Source: Octopus vulgaris
Taxonomy: Eukaryota
Reading direction: 5' to 3'
DNA: 64,000 bases
NCBI GenBank assembly: GCA_951406725.2
Contig: OX597821.1
Location: 116,374,001-116,438,000, forward strand
Part shown: positions 63,954 to 64,000 of the stretch, piece by piece
Numbering within the stretch: position 1 is the stretch's first letter
Layout: every line of letters starts with the position of its first letter
Notes under the pieces: generated by a model
The model's database searches: none
Seen by the model: only the letters and a program-made list of their open reading frames with translations
What the model was told of the DNA's origin: nothing
Made by a program: the position numbers and the translations under genes

Positions 63954-64000
<47 letters not shown>

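Overview
AT-rich, CpG-depleted eukaryotic DNA dense in (TA)n, (CA)n, (GAT)n and (AAT)n microsatellites. It also carries tRNA-derived SINEs and RTE-LINE-tailed elements ending in (GAT)n. This repeat landscape is typical of an Octopus (coleoid cephalopod) genome; that is an inference from recalled repeat families, not a search result. None of the ORF-track entries looks like a real intact gene. The window reads best as the 5' part of one very large + strand gene that I cannot name. It has several candidate alternative first exons: short ATG-to-donor segments at 2361, 38416, 43423, 49760 and possibly 56445, most ending in phase 1, separated by very long introns. The most unusual signal is that the unique-looking intronic islands between repeats are not random. 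About 25 of them (roughly 50-850 nt) contain nested, colinear imperfect inverted repeats that fold into rod-like or multibranched RNA. In the best cases the non-Watson-Crick positions are mostly G-U on the + strand. Several domains have crossing or competing helices. I also found decayed Penelope-like elements with hammerhead-like motifs and inverted ends, a ~520-nt palindrome hidden in a microsatellite field, and perfect micro-palindromes inside old SINEs. All folding was done by eye and needs computational confirmation; repeat boundaries are approximate.
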